The notes beneath the pieces are model-generated. The model searched no databases. It had not been told where the DNA came from and was given only the letters and a program-made list of their open reading frames with translations. Shown here piece after piece: positions 23,601 to 36,059 of a stretch of DNA of 64,000 nucleotides (positions are counted from its first letter, which is position 1; each line of letters opens with the position of its first letter). The stretch is taken from the NCBI GenBank assembly GCA_004431415.1, contig QPMI01000689.1, positions 1 to 64,000 on the forward strand, read 5' to 3'. Both the position numbers and the translations under genes were made by a program. The stretch comes from Cyanophora paradoxa CCMP329 (lineage: Eukaryota > Plantae > Glaucophyta).

Positions 23601-26600
23601 GTCAGGCGGGGCGCGCGGCGCGCTATTTATCGCAGTCTATAGTTGTTACCTCCTCGGGCTTGACGGAGCTCTTGGAGGACTGGAGGGGGACCCAGCCCTT
23701 GAAGGTCTCGCCCACGTACAGCGAACTCAAGGGAAGCCGCGCCTGAGCTCAGATCAGAAAGAGGCGGGGAGGAGGGGGCGGGGAGGGGGGGAGGAAGGGG
23801 GGGGGGGGGGGGGCCGGGGACGCGGACCTCGCCCATGTAGTCGTTCGTACCCCAGCGGTCCCAGTCCCATACCTGAGGAAGTGGACGAGCTCAGCGGGGG
23901 GAAAGCTTCAGCGGGGGTACAGGGTACAGGGCGCGCGCCTCGACGAGCAGCTGGTCCGAGGGGTCCACCATCGTGTACTCGGGCACGGAGAAGTTCCATT
24001 TCTGCCCCGAAACCTGTAAGCCGGGGGAAAGAAGGGAGAAGAAGGCGGAAGGGACGGGTACGGGGTTCAGGTCCTCCATGATCTTCTCGCTCTTTCCGAG
24101 CTGCACGACGTTGTTGTTCACGATCTGTCGGGAGGGGTACCCGTCGAAAACGGCGGCAGGGGGGGGGGGGAGAAAGGGGCGGGCCTTGACGACGACGAAG
24201 GGGTCGGACTTGCCGTTGGAGTCCTTGGCCGGGAGCCGCTCGCCCTCGACGATCACGAAGCTGAACTTGTCGCCGGTCATCGCCGCGCTGCGGGGCCCGC
24301 CGCCGCCCGGCGCCGACTCGAGGCCGCCCTCCGTGTCGATGCGGAACTGGGAGGGGGAGCTGTGCAGCCGCTCGGGCGGCTCGATGCTGAGGCGGAGGCG
24401 GCTGTTCTTGATCTCCTCGGGCTTGCAGTCCTTGGGGCGCGTCGTCTTGAGGGGCACCCAGCCCGCCAGCGGCTTGTTCGCCCGCAGCTTCCCCAGCGGC
24501 ACCTCGATCTGCGCGCGCCCGCGCACGCGCCACGAATCTCATCCGCGCGATCCTTCAAGTTTTCGATGAGCCGCGCACCTCGCCCATGTAGTCATTGCCG
24601 CCGAAGCGGTCCCAGTCCCACACCTCGATCACCATCGTGTCCATCGGGTCGCCGACCTGCGGCCCCGCGCCCCCTCAGGGAACCATCTCCAAGGGAGGCT
24701 CAGGGTCTTCGGCGGGGCCCACCTCGACGTCGACCTTGTAGTTCCACGCGGGGTTCAGCGTCTTCTCGATCGTCTCGCTCTTCCCGACCTGCTTGCCGCC
24801 CACCTGCTCTACATGTTAGAATGGAAAGTGAAAGTGGAGAGTGTGGGAAGGCGAGCGAGTGCCTTGATGGTGACGAAGGGGTCGGACTTGCCGTTCGAGT
24901 CCTTGGCCGGCAGGTCCCGCCCCTCGATGATCTGCACCTGCACGCGGTCGCCCTTGACCAGCGGCGGCTGGCTCTTGTCCTGCGCGTTTCTAAGGCGTCA
25001 GCTTCTGCTTCGGGGCCAGCTTCGGCGCCAGCTTCGGCCGGCCGGCACCTTGGAGAGCTTGTCGAGGTCGAGGAGCTCGTAGGAGGGGCCGCCCAAGAGG
25101 GAGCGCGCCGAGGCGGACGGGTGCAGGGTCGCCTGCGAGGGCCGCCGCGACCCCAGGCCCCCCGCCTGCCCGCGCCGCGCCGCGCCGCTCAGGAGAGCCT
25201 AGCACCGCATAGCGGGGCGGGCGGACCGCGGCGAGGGTGCGCTCGACCTCGATCTCGAGGACGAGCTTCGGGTTACAGCGCCTGATGTCCTCGTCCGTGA
25301 CCTGAGGGGGCGGGGCGGAGGAGCTCGCACCGCGCCCCGTGCTGGCCGGCCGGCCGGCTGGCGGCGAGGGGAGGCGCACGTCGGCGGGGCTCGTGGTGTC
25401 GAGGGGCCACGCAGCCTTGAACTTGACCCCGGCCCGCAGGTTCGCGACCGGCACGTTCACCTGAGCGCCCGGCTTAGAGGTGGGGGGGGGGAGGAAGGGC
25501 TGGGGTACAGCAGGCGGCGCGCCTGGCCCATGTACTTGTGCTTCGAGAAGCGGTTCCAGTCGTACACGGTAAGCGTGAAGTAGTTCTCCGGGTCCGGGGC
25601 CGCCCCCTGCACCGCGAAGTCCGGTACCCGGAACGGCGGGTTCCACACCTGCGTAAAAAAAAGAGAAAGATCAGATCAGATCGGATCAGGTGAGGCCAGA
25701 GACAGGGGCACCGGGTCGAGGGTCTCCTTCGCCGTCTCGCTCTTGCCGAGCTCCTTCCCCCCGTACTGAGGCGAGGAGAGTCAGACGAGCCGAGGGCGGC
25801 GGGGCGGGGCAGGCGGCCGAGAGGTCGCCGGCCGCGGACCGTGACGACGACGTAGGGGTCGGACTTTCCGTTGGAGTCCTTGGAGACCATGTTGCGTCCC
25901 TCGTGGAGCCACACCCGCACCTGGGCGGGGAGGGGGGGGGAGGGGGGGGCAGGAATCAGGCTCACGTGAGCGAGGGGGGGCGGCGGCGGCGGAGGGCGAG
26001 CGCGGCGCTATGTCGTGCGCGTCCTCGAGGGCTCTAGCATGTGGGAGGCGGAGAGGGGGGTACACGCGGAGCGGACCTTGTCCCCGGCTTCCGGCAGCCC
26101 GATCCCCTCCTGCGGGGCCTGCGGGCGGCCGAAGGGGTCCAGGTTGTACGTCGAGCTGCCCCGCCGCAGGCCCGGCTACGGCCCGCTCAGAGAGAGAAAG
26201 CCCAGATAGCGGGGGGAAAGCGGGGCGGGTACCGATTGGCCGTGGAGGGAGCCGCCGCCAGAGGGCCCCTCCCCGCGGGCCTCCTCGCCCTCGAGGCGGA
26301 CCGTGAGCGTCGAGCCGGCCTGCCAGCTCAGGTCAGATCAGATCAGATCGCCTCAGCTGAGCGCCCGCCTCAGACCGCGCACCGACTGGAGCTCGTCGGG
26401 CTTGACGTCGGCCGGCTTGGTCGTCGTCACGGGCAGCTTGAGCGTGTTCGCCGCCCCGATGTACGCCTGCTTCAGCTGCACCTCCACCTGCGAACGAAGG
26501 GGGGTCGGTACCCGACCCGCGCGATCCAGTGCCCTCCCCTGGACTGCGCACCTCGCCCATGTAGTCGTTGCCGCCGAAGCGGTCCCAGTCGTAGATCTGC

Positions 26601-29600
26601 GGGGGTGGCCGCGGGCGCCGCGTGAGACGGCGGCCGGCCGGCGACCGGGGCGCAGGGTACGCGCCACGAGGGTGACGGTCTCGTTCTCGTCCGCCAGCGA
26701 CTCGATCACGACGCGGTGGTTCCAGATCTAATTTGCGGCGCGGCGTGAGTCACGCCGCGGAGGGCTCGCGCGGGGCGGCGGGGCGGCGGGGCGGGGCGGG
26801 GCGGGGCGAGGCCGACCGGGTTCAACGTTTCCTTCTTCACCTCGGTTTTGGCGAGGTCCTTCCCGGCGTGCCTGAAGATGACGAACGGGTCGGACTTGCC
26901 GTTCGAGTCCCGCGCGATCAGGCGGTCCCCCTGTGGCGCGGGGGCGTCAAGGACGAAGAGGGGGGGGGATCGAAGGGGGGTACCTGGACGAGGGTGAGGT
27001 AGACCTTGTCGCCGCGGTGGGCGTAGCGGCTGCCGGGGGGCGGCCCGGGCGGGGCGGTGCCCTGCGAGGCGGAGACGACGGGGGCCCCCAAGCGCGCGTC
27101 GATGACACCTGAGGCGGCGCTCGCCAGCGGCTCCTCGGTGATCACGACCTGGGAGAGAGGCGTGAGGGGCGAGGGGCGAGCGGATAAAGCAAAGCAAAGC
27201 AAAGCAAAGCGAGGAGAGATAGTCTAAGGTGGCTTAGTCGAAGTCTAAGAGATAGACTCTTATCAGCTACGTGTTCTAGACTCTCCGAGTGGAGAAAGCA
27301 ATGCAAAGCAAAGCGAGCGAGAAGGCGAAGAAAGCACCTGCGGGGCGCGCTGCGTGACGGCGGCGGCCTGCTCGCAGGAGAAGCGCAGCTTGAGGCGGCT
27401 CTTGTTCTGCGCGGGTGGGCGGCCCCCGGCCCGGTCAGCGCGGCAGCTGGCTGCGAAGGAATGAAGCCTTCGCGAGCCTTGGCGAGGTCGGAGGAGGAGA
27501 GCTTTGACTCCAGAGTGGTCTTGAGGGGGTACGTCCCCTCGTGGTCCCCGCCCGCCTTCAGCTCCCGGATCGGCACGTCCACCTGCGAGGGGGGCGCGCT
27601 AAGGCAGGCAGAGGGGCCCGACCCGGCCCGCCCCGCCCCGCACGGACCTCGCCAAGGTACTTGTGCGACTGGATCCGGTTCCAGTCGAACACCTGGGGGC
27701 GGAGGTGGACGGATCGGTCAGAGGGGCGCGCGCGGGCCAGAGGCGCGGCGGGGCGGGGCGGGGGAAGGGCAGGGCACCGAGAAGTTGATCATGTCGACCC
27801 CGCCCTTGACCTCGATGGCCTCGGGCAGGCGCCAGTTCCATTTCTGCGGGCGGAAGGGCGTCGGCGGGCGCGTTTCCCTCGGCCTGCCTGGCGCCCCCGG
27901 CGCCCCCCGCGCACCGGCTCCAGGGTTTCCTTCTCGACGGGCGTCTCCCCCAGCTTCTTGCCGTTGTACTGCACGCGGCGCGGGCGCGGCGCGGCTCGGC
28001 TGGGGCGTGGGCGGAGGGGCGCCCCGGCCCGGCCCGGCGCACCTTGACGACGACGAAGGGGTCGGAGAGGCCGTTCGAGTCGGCCGAGACGAGGCCGATC
28101 GCCGTCAGAACCTGAGGAGGAGGAGGGGGGGGGGGGGGGGGGGGGGGAGGGAAGAGGAGGAGGGCCCCGCGTCAGGCGCGGCGGGGCGCGCGGGGCGAGG
28201 CGAGGGGCGCGAGGTGTGTGTACCTCGACGTGGACCTTGTCGCCGGGCTGGGGCGCCGTCGACATCCCCAGGGACGCCGACGAGGCGACCGGCCGCATCG
28301 CCCTGCACGCACGCACGCCGCGTTCGCCCGGCAGGAGTGGGGGCAGGGGGGAGGGACTCGGCGGGGGGTACCGTGCGGTCATGGCGCGCTGGAGCTCGCC
28401 GGCAGTCGGGAGCTCCGTGTCGAACTGCGGGGCGGGGCGGGGCGGGGCGGGGCGGCGTCGGACGCTTAGCTCGCTCGCCGGCGAGCTTGTTTGGCGGGGT
28501 GCAGGCGGGCGCGCCTTCAGGACGAGCTTGCTTCCGGCCGAGTCGAGGTCTCCCGGGCTGACCTCCTTCGGCCGCGTGGAGACCAGCGGGAACGAAGCCT
28601 CCGTCCCCTGCCCCCGCCAGCCGGGCATCGGCCGAGGCTCCTTCGATGAGGGGCGGAGGAACGGGGAGGAACGCTCGCCTGCATGCCGGCGTAGAGGTGA
28701 TCCGCTATGGAAACGTTCGCCTCGCCCAGGTACTGGTGTGACTGGATCCGGTTCCAGTCGAATATCTGAGGGCGCGGGCCGGTGCGGGGGAGGGGAGCGG
28801 GGGGAGTACAGGTGAGCCGCCCGCCCGCCCGCCGGCAGCGTACCCCCCGCGCACCGTGAGGTTGATCGAATCGTGGCCCTCAAGCACGGTGATCTCGTAC
28901 GCCTGGTTGAACTCCTGCGGCGAAAGCGGTTCGATTACGTTGCTCATTGGACGGAGGCGCCGCCCGCTCGGGGCGCCACGACGCCGCCCCCGCCTGCGGA
29001 AGGCGCACCGGGTCCAACGTCTCCTTCTTCACTTCCGTCTTGCCGACCTCCTTCCCCGCGTACTGCGCGAGCGAACAAGCGAGCCGTGAGAGAGGGGAGG
29101 AGGGAGGAGGCCCGGCCCGGCCCGGCTCGACGGGGCGAGGACCTTGACGACGACGTAGGGGTCAGAGGTGCCGCCGCGGTCCTTGGCTAGCAGGCTGACG
29201 CCCTTCAGGATGGAGACCTTGACCCGGTCGCCGTTCTTGAGCGGCACGCGCGCCGGGCCCGCCGCCGGCTGCCCCAGCGCGCGCTCGCTCCCCGTCCGCC
29301 TCACCGCGTCCGCGTCCGCGTAGTCCCTCTCCTGCGCGCTTGGTGAGCGGGGCGGGGCCGGCGCGGGCCGGGCCGGGTGGGTGGGCGCGCCTGCCGCCTG
29401 CCGAGGTCGGCCGTCGACCGGGCCCGTTCCTGCGCACGCTGCCGTCGGCGGGGAGCGCGCGGCGGGGCGCCCGCCCCCCGCCCGGTTCTTACGTGAAGGG
29501 ATCCCGAGCGCTGCATCTGCGCGGGCGGTCGGCAGGGCGGCGCGCCGCGCGGCTAGAGGGAGGGAGGGGATACCGGATCGTCGGGGTCGTAGGGGTACGC

Positions 29601-30542
29601 GGGTTCGTCGTCGTCATACTGCGGTCGCGTGAGCGGCGTGCGGGGCGGGGGCGGGGGCGGTGGCGGGGGAAGAGGCGGCGCGGGGCGCGCCGAAATGGAT
29701 ATGCCGCGCTGCCGGCCGAAGTTGTGCGGCACGTTCTCCTGATCGAACGAGCGGACGCCTCGCCCGTCATCGCCGCGGTCGTCCTGCGGCGCGGCGCGGC
29801 GCGGCTCGACTCGGCGGCGCTTCAGAGGGCCGGCGGGCAGCTCCCCAGGCGCACCAGCGTCGCGTCGAATCGCACGTAACCGTATCGCGCGCCGCCCTCC
29901 AGTGGTATCGTGACATCGCGGTGCTCCTTGTTTATCGGCAGGAGCTCGCTCAGGCGCAGCACGCACTCGCCCAGCACCGCGGTCCGCTCGGTCGGCCTGT
30001 CTCCAGGCCTTCCCTGGCCCAGAACCACATCGCACACGGTGATGGCCAGCTGCTCTTTGTCCGGTTCCAACGCCGGGCTGCAGGGCGTCAGGGGAGTCCC
30101 CAGCGGCTCGCAAGGGTCGCTCACAGAACAATCCGCTCGGGCCAACGCGGGTTTCGCAGGTCGCCGCTGACCTCTCTGGTCTGCCGCTCTGCATTGCCAA
30201 TCCTGAAGAGAATGTTTCGGCCCAGAACTGCTCGTACTCACGCCGTTAGCTACGGTTAGCTATCTTGGTTGGCGGCGGGCTGGCGCAAGCTGACGCACTC
30301 TCGCCGGCCCTCGGAACCTCCAGATCTAAGCAATGTATGTCTGCGCAAGTGTAAGGGAATGCCGCGGGGCGCGCCGGAGCCGTCAGAACGGCCCTCAGTT
30401 CAAAAAAGGGGAGCGCACTGGATAGGTACAGGGCCGGCGGCGGTCGCTTCGGCTCCTCTGGTGGTGTAACCGGCCTAGCCGAGGCCGGCCTCGGGCTGGA
30501 CACATCCTCCTTCGGCTTCGATGAGCCGCAGGGCCAGCGCAT
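14663..30542 (-). CDS. Giant multi-C2-domain protein (~13 C2 domains) followed by coiled-coil and Pro/Tyr/Ser-rich tail; many short introns
   Basis: Eleven (S/I)DP(Y/F) C2 cores at ~29160, 28060, 26890, 25860, 24880, 24200, 23390, 22575, 21820, 21020 and 19950, with NP.WN and D.D...D(Y/F)(M/L)G-type motifs. Two divergent C2-like units (~17700-18800, ~29850-30250). Coiled-coil exons 15150-16800. Start MRWPCGSSK at 30542. Confidence 0.8.
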
Positions 30543-30641
30543 CGCTGAATGGGGGTAGAGTCCACTTCGTTCGCAAAGGTTGCCCAAGCGAGGCCGGCGA
30601 CGCACGAGTCTGCACGGGCGCGGCGGACGCTTCTTTGTCAT

Positions 30642-33626
30642 ATGGACGCTTCGCCGGCGCCGGACGTCGCGCCAGCGGCGCCCGCTGCCACCGGCCAGAA
30701 AGCGGACGGCGCGGCGGCGAAGGCGAAGAAGCCCCCGCCGAAGGAGGCACCGCTGGCGCTTCCGGCATGGCTGCTCTCTGTGAGTCCGCCGCGTACGTGA
30801 ATGTCCTCTCGCGTCTGCAACGGCGGCCGCAGCTCGAGCTCAAGGAGGAGAACCTGGGCCGGATCTACGACGGGCTGCGCCTGCGGGGCGACCACCTCGC
30901 CAGGCTCTGGGATCTCTACCAGTGCGTCCCCCCGTTCGAATTCCCGGCGGCCGCCGGCCTCGCTGACCGCCGGACGAACGCGCAGGCGGCTCGAGCGTGC
31001 GGCGCAGCGGGCCTTCGGAGCGCGGCTGGAAGGCTGCTTCCCGATGGGGAGCGCCGCGAACGGCTTCGGGACGCTGCAGAGCGACCTGGACTGCTGCGTC
31101 GTCGTCGCGACGGACCGCAGCTTCCTCGTCAGCAAAGCGCTGCAGCGCCTCGCGGGCGCCTGCGAGGACGAAGGCCTCGAAGTCGAAGAGGTCGTTTCCG
31201 GCGCCAGGCGCGGCCCGCGCCGCCCCGCCCCAACCCGCTGCCACCGCCCCGCTCCGCGCCGCCGCTGACGCCGCCCGACCGCCCGATAGAGTGCCCATCG
31301 TGAAACTGATCCTGCCGGGCGACGGCGACGGCGGCCGCCCCGCCGTCCGCGGAGACGTCAACATCAACTCGAGCCTGGGCGCCCACAACACGCTCCTCCT
31401 CCAGGCGCCCCCGCCCCACGCCACAAATTTGATCCGCGGGCGCTGAGGAGGGCGCGCAGGCGTACGCCGCGTGCGACGCGCGGCTGCCGGCGCTGGGCGC
31501 CATCGTCAAAGTCTGGGCCAAGGCTCGCGGCATCTGCTCCGCCAGGGACCACCACCTCTCTCCCTACGGGTCCGACCCCGCCTCTTCCGCCCCGTCCGGT
31601 GGTGCCCGGCCGAGCCGCCCCGCCCGCAGCTTCCTGCTCCTGCTCGTGTCCTTCCTGCAGGCGAGGCAGGCCCTGCCCAAGCTGCAGAGCCCCGAGGCCG
31701 TCCGGAGCTTCCAGAGCCCCCACGTGTACGCCCACGGGTACAACTGCACCTTCTCCCGCGAGGTTCCCCCCCCCGCTTTCCCCCCCCCCCTCTCCCCTTT
31801 TACCGGGAATCACCGCGGCGCAGATGGTGGGGGCGTGGCTCACCCACAGGGGACCCGAAGTGGACGGGTACACCGGTGTGGCCCTCCTGCAGGCGAGTCG
31901 CCAGGAGTCCCGCCCCATTCCCCCCGCCCGCCCCGCACCAGACCTTCATTTTCTCCGCAGGAGTTCTTTGCGTGCTACTCGGGGCAGGGCCCTTTCAGCT
32001 ACACGAAGGCACGTGTACTCCCCCCCCCCCAAGGCGGCTCTCACGTACCCCGGCAGCACTTCGCGAGCGTGCGGCTCGGCGGCTTCTTTGAGAAGAGCCG
32101 ATTCGCGCCGAACCGGTACCCCAGCTGGCGCCTCGCCGTCCCGGACCCCTTCGAGGTACCCCCCCCCCCCCCGCCCCAACCCCTCCTCCCCCTCACCCTC
32201 CCCCCCGCAGGTGGACGTGGACGTGGGGCGGACGCTGGAGAAGGAGACGCAGGGCCGCCTGCAGAAGGAGATGGCGCGGGCGGCGCGCCTGCTCGCCCAG
32301 CCCGACGGCTGCCCCCTCGCCGACCTCCTCGGCCTTCCCCGCCCCTCGCTGGAGAATGCTGCCGACGCCCCCGGCCCCGCCCCGGCCGCCGTCCCCGGCC
32401 CCGGCTCCAGCCCCAGCCCGGCGCAGCCTTTGCCTCTGGCTCAGGGGGAAACCACGGGTCTCGGGATCCTCCTCGGCGGCTTCGCCGCACGCGCCGTCTT
32501 CACCAGCGTCGGCCCCGCCCCCGCACCCCCGTCCGACCTGGCCCAGGCCCCGGCCCCGGCCCCGCTCTTCCCCCCCACCTTCACGTGGCCGCCCCTCGGC
32601 GGCGGAACCCCCGGACCCGCCCCGGGTCCTCCCCCTCTCGCCGGGCCCGCCCTTAACCCCTCCCCGGGTCCCGCCCCCCTCGCCGGGGCCGCCCCGGCTC
32701 CTCCCCCCCTCGGCGGGGCCGCCCCCCGTCCCGTTCCACACGTACCCGTGGCTGCCCCTGCACCCGTACCCCTCGTCCCGGCCCCTGGGCCCGTACCCCG
32801 CGTCCTGGCTCCCGACCCAGCACCCCGCGTGCCGGCCCCCGGGCCTGTACCCCGCGTGCCGGCGCGGCCCGGCGGCCCGCTCGACCTCACGAGGGAAGAC
32901 TGGCCGGCGCTCGGCGCCCCAGCGGCCAAGCCCGCGGCCAAGCCCGCCGCAAAGGCGAAGGGGCACTCCGCTCCCCCCAAGCCTCCGCCAGCCCCGTCGG
33001 TACCACCCGCGTACCCCGCGGGCCCGGCGCCCCCGCCGCTCGCCGGCCACTTCGCGCCGCCGCAAGCGTTCTCGGGCGCTCCCGGCCCGTCGATCCTCGG
33101 AGACCCCTCGGCCCCCCTTCACTTCGCGTACTCCCCGTCCTCCTCCCCCCCCTCTGGCCCCGCGCCCGCCAGCTTCGAGCACCCGCCCCCGGCGTTCCGC
33201 CTGCCCGCCCCCTACACAGTCCCCAGCAACTACACCCCCGGCCCTTCCCCCTCGCTTCCCCCGGGCTTCGCGGCCCCGCCCGGCCCGGACCCCCGCTACG
33301 CGCCTGGGCGCTACGCGCCGCCCCCCCAGGCCCCCGTGTCCGCCCACGCCTACGCCCTTCCCTTCCCGAACCCCCCGCAGCCCTCCCAGCAGCAGCAGAT
33401 GGGCTTGGGATTCCAGGCGCCCCCGGGCTACCCCTCCGGACCCTTCGCCTCATCCCCTTATAATTACTACGCCTTCTCGCCCGCTGGCGTTCCCCCCCAC
33501 ATGCACGGCCACCCTATCGCTTTCTCCGACCCCAGTCCGCTGGGCGGCCCAAGTCCCGGCCCGCTGCATCCGCAGGGGGCAGCGTTCGCGTACCAGGGGG
33601 GCTTGCTCCCCCCGCCGTCCCTCTAG
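30642..33626 (+). CDS. Cid1/TUTase-like non-canonical poly(U)/poly(A) polymerase with long Pro-rich C-terminus (multi-exon)
   Basis: FPMGSAANGFGTLQSDLDCC (Pol-beta NTase motif); GAR|VPIVKL; GDVNINSSLGAHNTLLL; VKVWAKARGI; LSPYG; LAVPDPFE (PAP-associated). Divergent from the C2 gene, ~100 bp between ATGs. Confidence 0.9.
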
Positions 33627-34759
33627 CGTAGTAGATCGGAGATCGGAGATCTGTATTCACAGAACGGCCGCCGGCTGGTACTAGGTCTTCGACTCGCGCT
33701 CGCCCCCCGCTCGTCTCAGGATGTGCAAGGTGGGGTCTAAATAATAGAGACAGCATCCAGATCTGAGTCTGCAGCCAAAGCTCGCAAAACCAGCGCGAAA
33801 TGGAAATTAAAGGCCACACAGAACAGATTAAAAATTTAAAGCCCGGCGCGCCGCGCCTAAGCACAGTCTGGCGAGCCGCGCCGCCGCCCGCCGTGCCTCC
33901 GCCCCGCCCCGCCCGTCGAGCTGTGGTCATGGGTACCTCAAAAAGACTTTCGGTGACGGAAGAAAGTCCGGCTTGCGAACTGGCCGGCTTAGACAGCGTG
34001 ACAGACCGTCGGACAATCCGACGGGTAACAATTGCAAGGGGGGGAAGCAGCTGACCCCCCCTTGCAACATCGATGCTGCCTTTAATTATTGATTAAGCTC
34101 GTCGGGGCCGGGAGGGTGAGGTGGGGGAGAGGGGGGGGGGGGAGGGGGGGGAGAGGGGGGGGGCGGGAGGGGGCGGGGGGGGGCGCGGCGGTGCGGGCGC
34201 CCAAGTTTTGACCGCCTTCCGTAATCAGAGAACGGGAAACTTAATTAGGAATCTGCGGCATCGCTCAGTAATTTTTTTTTGGAGGGAAACTTGGAATGCA
34301 ATTTTTAGCATTCCGTTTGCAACGTTAACGCTCAGGAATGCAACTTTCGAAGTAGCTATAGCTATATATAGCCTAAATTACGCTCGTGGCGACATATTTA
34401 TGCACATCATGATATGCACATCATGATATCGATCACATCATGCACATATATATCGATCAAAATATCCACGTGCACGTGCACGTTTTCGCAACCCTGCGCA
34501 TGCCCCCCTAGGTCTTCGCACGTTTTGCACACGATCGCGAAGATGAGGAACTATAAAATATGTATACGTATTTTCGGTATACATAGAACATTGATATCGA
34601 TGTGCCTGGCGGCCTACGTATACGCGCACGCTGCCCTGGCGGCCAGGCTGCATGGGCACGTGCATTTGCGGATTGCGAGAGCGGAGTGTGAAGCTGGCGA
34701 TCCGATGATCGAGCGAGGCCGAGGGGCCGGGCGTCACGGCGTCATGATCGCGGTCGATA

Positions 34760-35770
34760 TCAGGCGTCGGCGAGCTCGAGGGCGGCGGCCTCGCAGTCGG
34801 CGCGGAGCGCCGACTCCGCCGCCTCCACCGCGAGCCCTTCCTCGTCGAACTCGGTGCCCTCGCCGCCTTCGAGGGCCGCCTCGTCCACGGCCGCGACCGC
34901 CTCGTCCAGCAGCTTGAACGGCCAATCCATCCTGCCGAAATTGGCGCCGCGCTCAATTTAAATATCAATGTACATGTCATCATCAGATCTAGACCGACGG
35001 CTCTGGAGAGAGATATATATATCTAAAGCTCGATGCGCACTCCTTTAATCCCTCAGCTTTGCTATCGACGATGTTGAAGCACAGTCCTTTTTTATCATTG
35101 TAGCGATCGTTCCCGTGAACATTTTGCTCCATGAAGGATTTGAAGCCTTTAGCTTCGCATCTGTGACCGTCGAGCGAGAGCGTTATTAGGGAAGTTGCCT
35201 AGGTCAAAGAACAAAAGGATCACTCACATTGTCCTCCAAAACGGACGAGGAAGCCCTGTGCGAAATTGAACAATGTGGATTAAATTCGGGCTCGAAAAGG
35301 AAGGCGCGGCGCTAATTGTTTTATTCGAACGACGCCTGCGCGCACTGTCGGAGACGCTTGAATAAGCGTAACCCTTCTCTCCCTTGCAGTCCGCTTTCTT
35401 GAAGCACACATAGGTATTATTGCCTACCCGCATATATACTCATCGTCAGTACTTGAACGCGCGCGAAAGTCGAATTCGAATTCGATCGGCGCTTGCAAGC
35501 AATTGCATGCCGCAGTCACTGAGTGCACGTGCACGCACCTTTCGACACTTCTATGCCGCCGATGTTGACATAGTCGTAGCACTTATTCTTGAATCGATTG
35601 GATCCGGAGAAGGTAGTGCACTTCTGGTCAACCACCGGCAGCGAATCCGCATCAATCAGCGAGAGGGGCGCCATCGTAACGTTGCCGAATCGGATAGTTA
35701 TCGGAATATCTGTCCGGCGGCGACGCTGCGTCGACGTCGAGTTAGTTCCAGCAGCCCAAGGCCTAGACAA
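34760..35770 (-). CDS. Hypothetical Cys-containing protein with acidic tail, possibly frameshifted
   Basis: Exon-like blocks KCTTFSGSNRFKNKCYDYVNIGG, NNTYVCFKKADCKGEKGYAY, HRCEAKGFKSF...KGLCFNIVD and DWPFKLLDEAV...ALELADA*. Confidence 0.35.
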
Positions 35771-36059
35771 CTACAGGCAGCCGTTCAAAACGACCGTCGG
35801 ACGTCGACGCACCAATTCTTATAATTACTGACGCTTGCCAAAGTTGTGTTGCCGCAGTGCTACTACAGTTCCGCTGCAGATTCGCTGCGCATAGTTCCGC
35901 TGCAGCTGGGTACGTATACGTAATACGTAAAGCCTAGTATAGCCTACTAGGCTATGCATATATATGTACATGCATGTATACGTATACGTATATACGTATT
36001 TGTAGCTATAACCTATAGCTAGTTCTGTACGTGGCTATAGGCGCCGCCGCGCCGGCCCT

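Noticed and set aside
21540-27215. GGAAA, GATCA and AAAGC pentamer runs
   Set aside because: Ordinary intronic microsatellites.
400-34000. Most long ORFs in the six-frame track (e.g. 8242-9828, 22990-24081, 32193-33347)
   Set aside because: These are stop-poor antisense or off-frame products of very high GC; the real genes are spliced.
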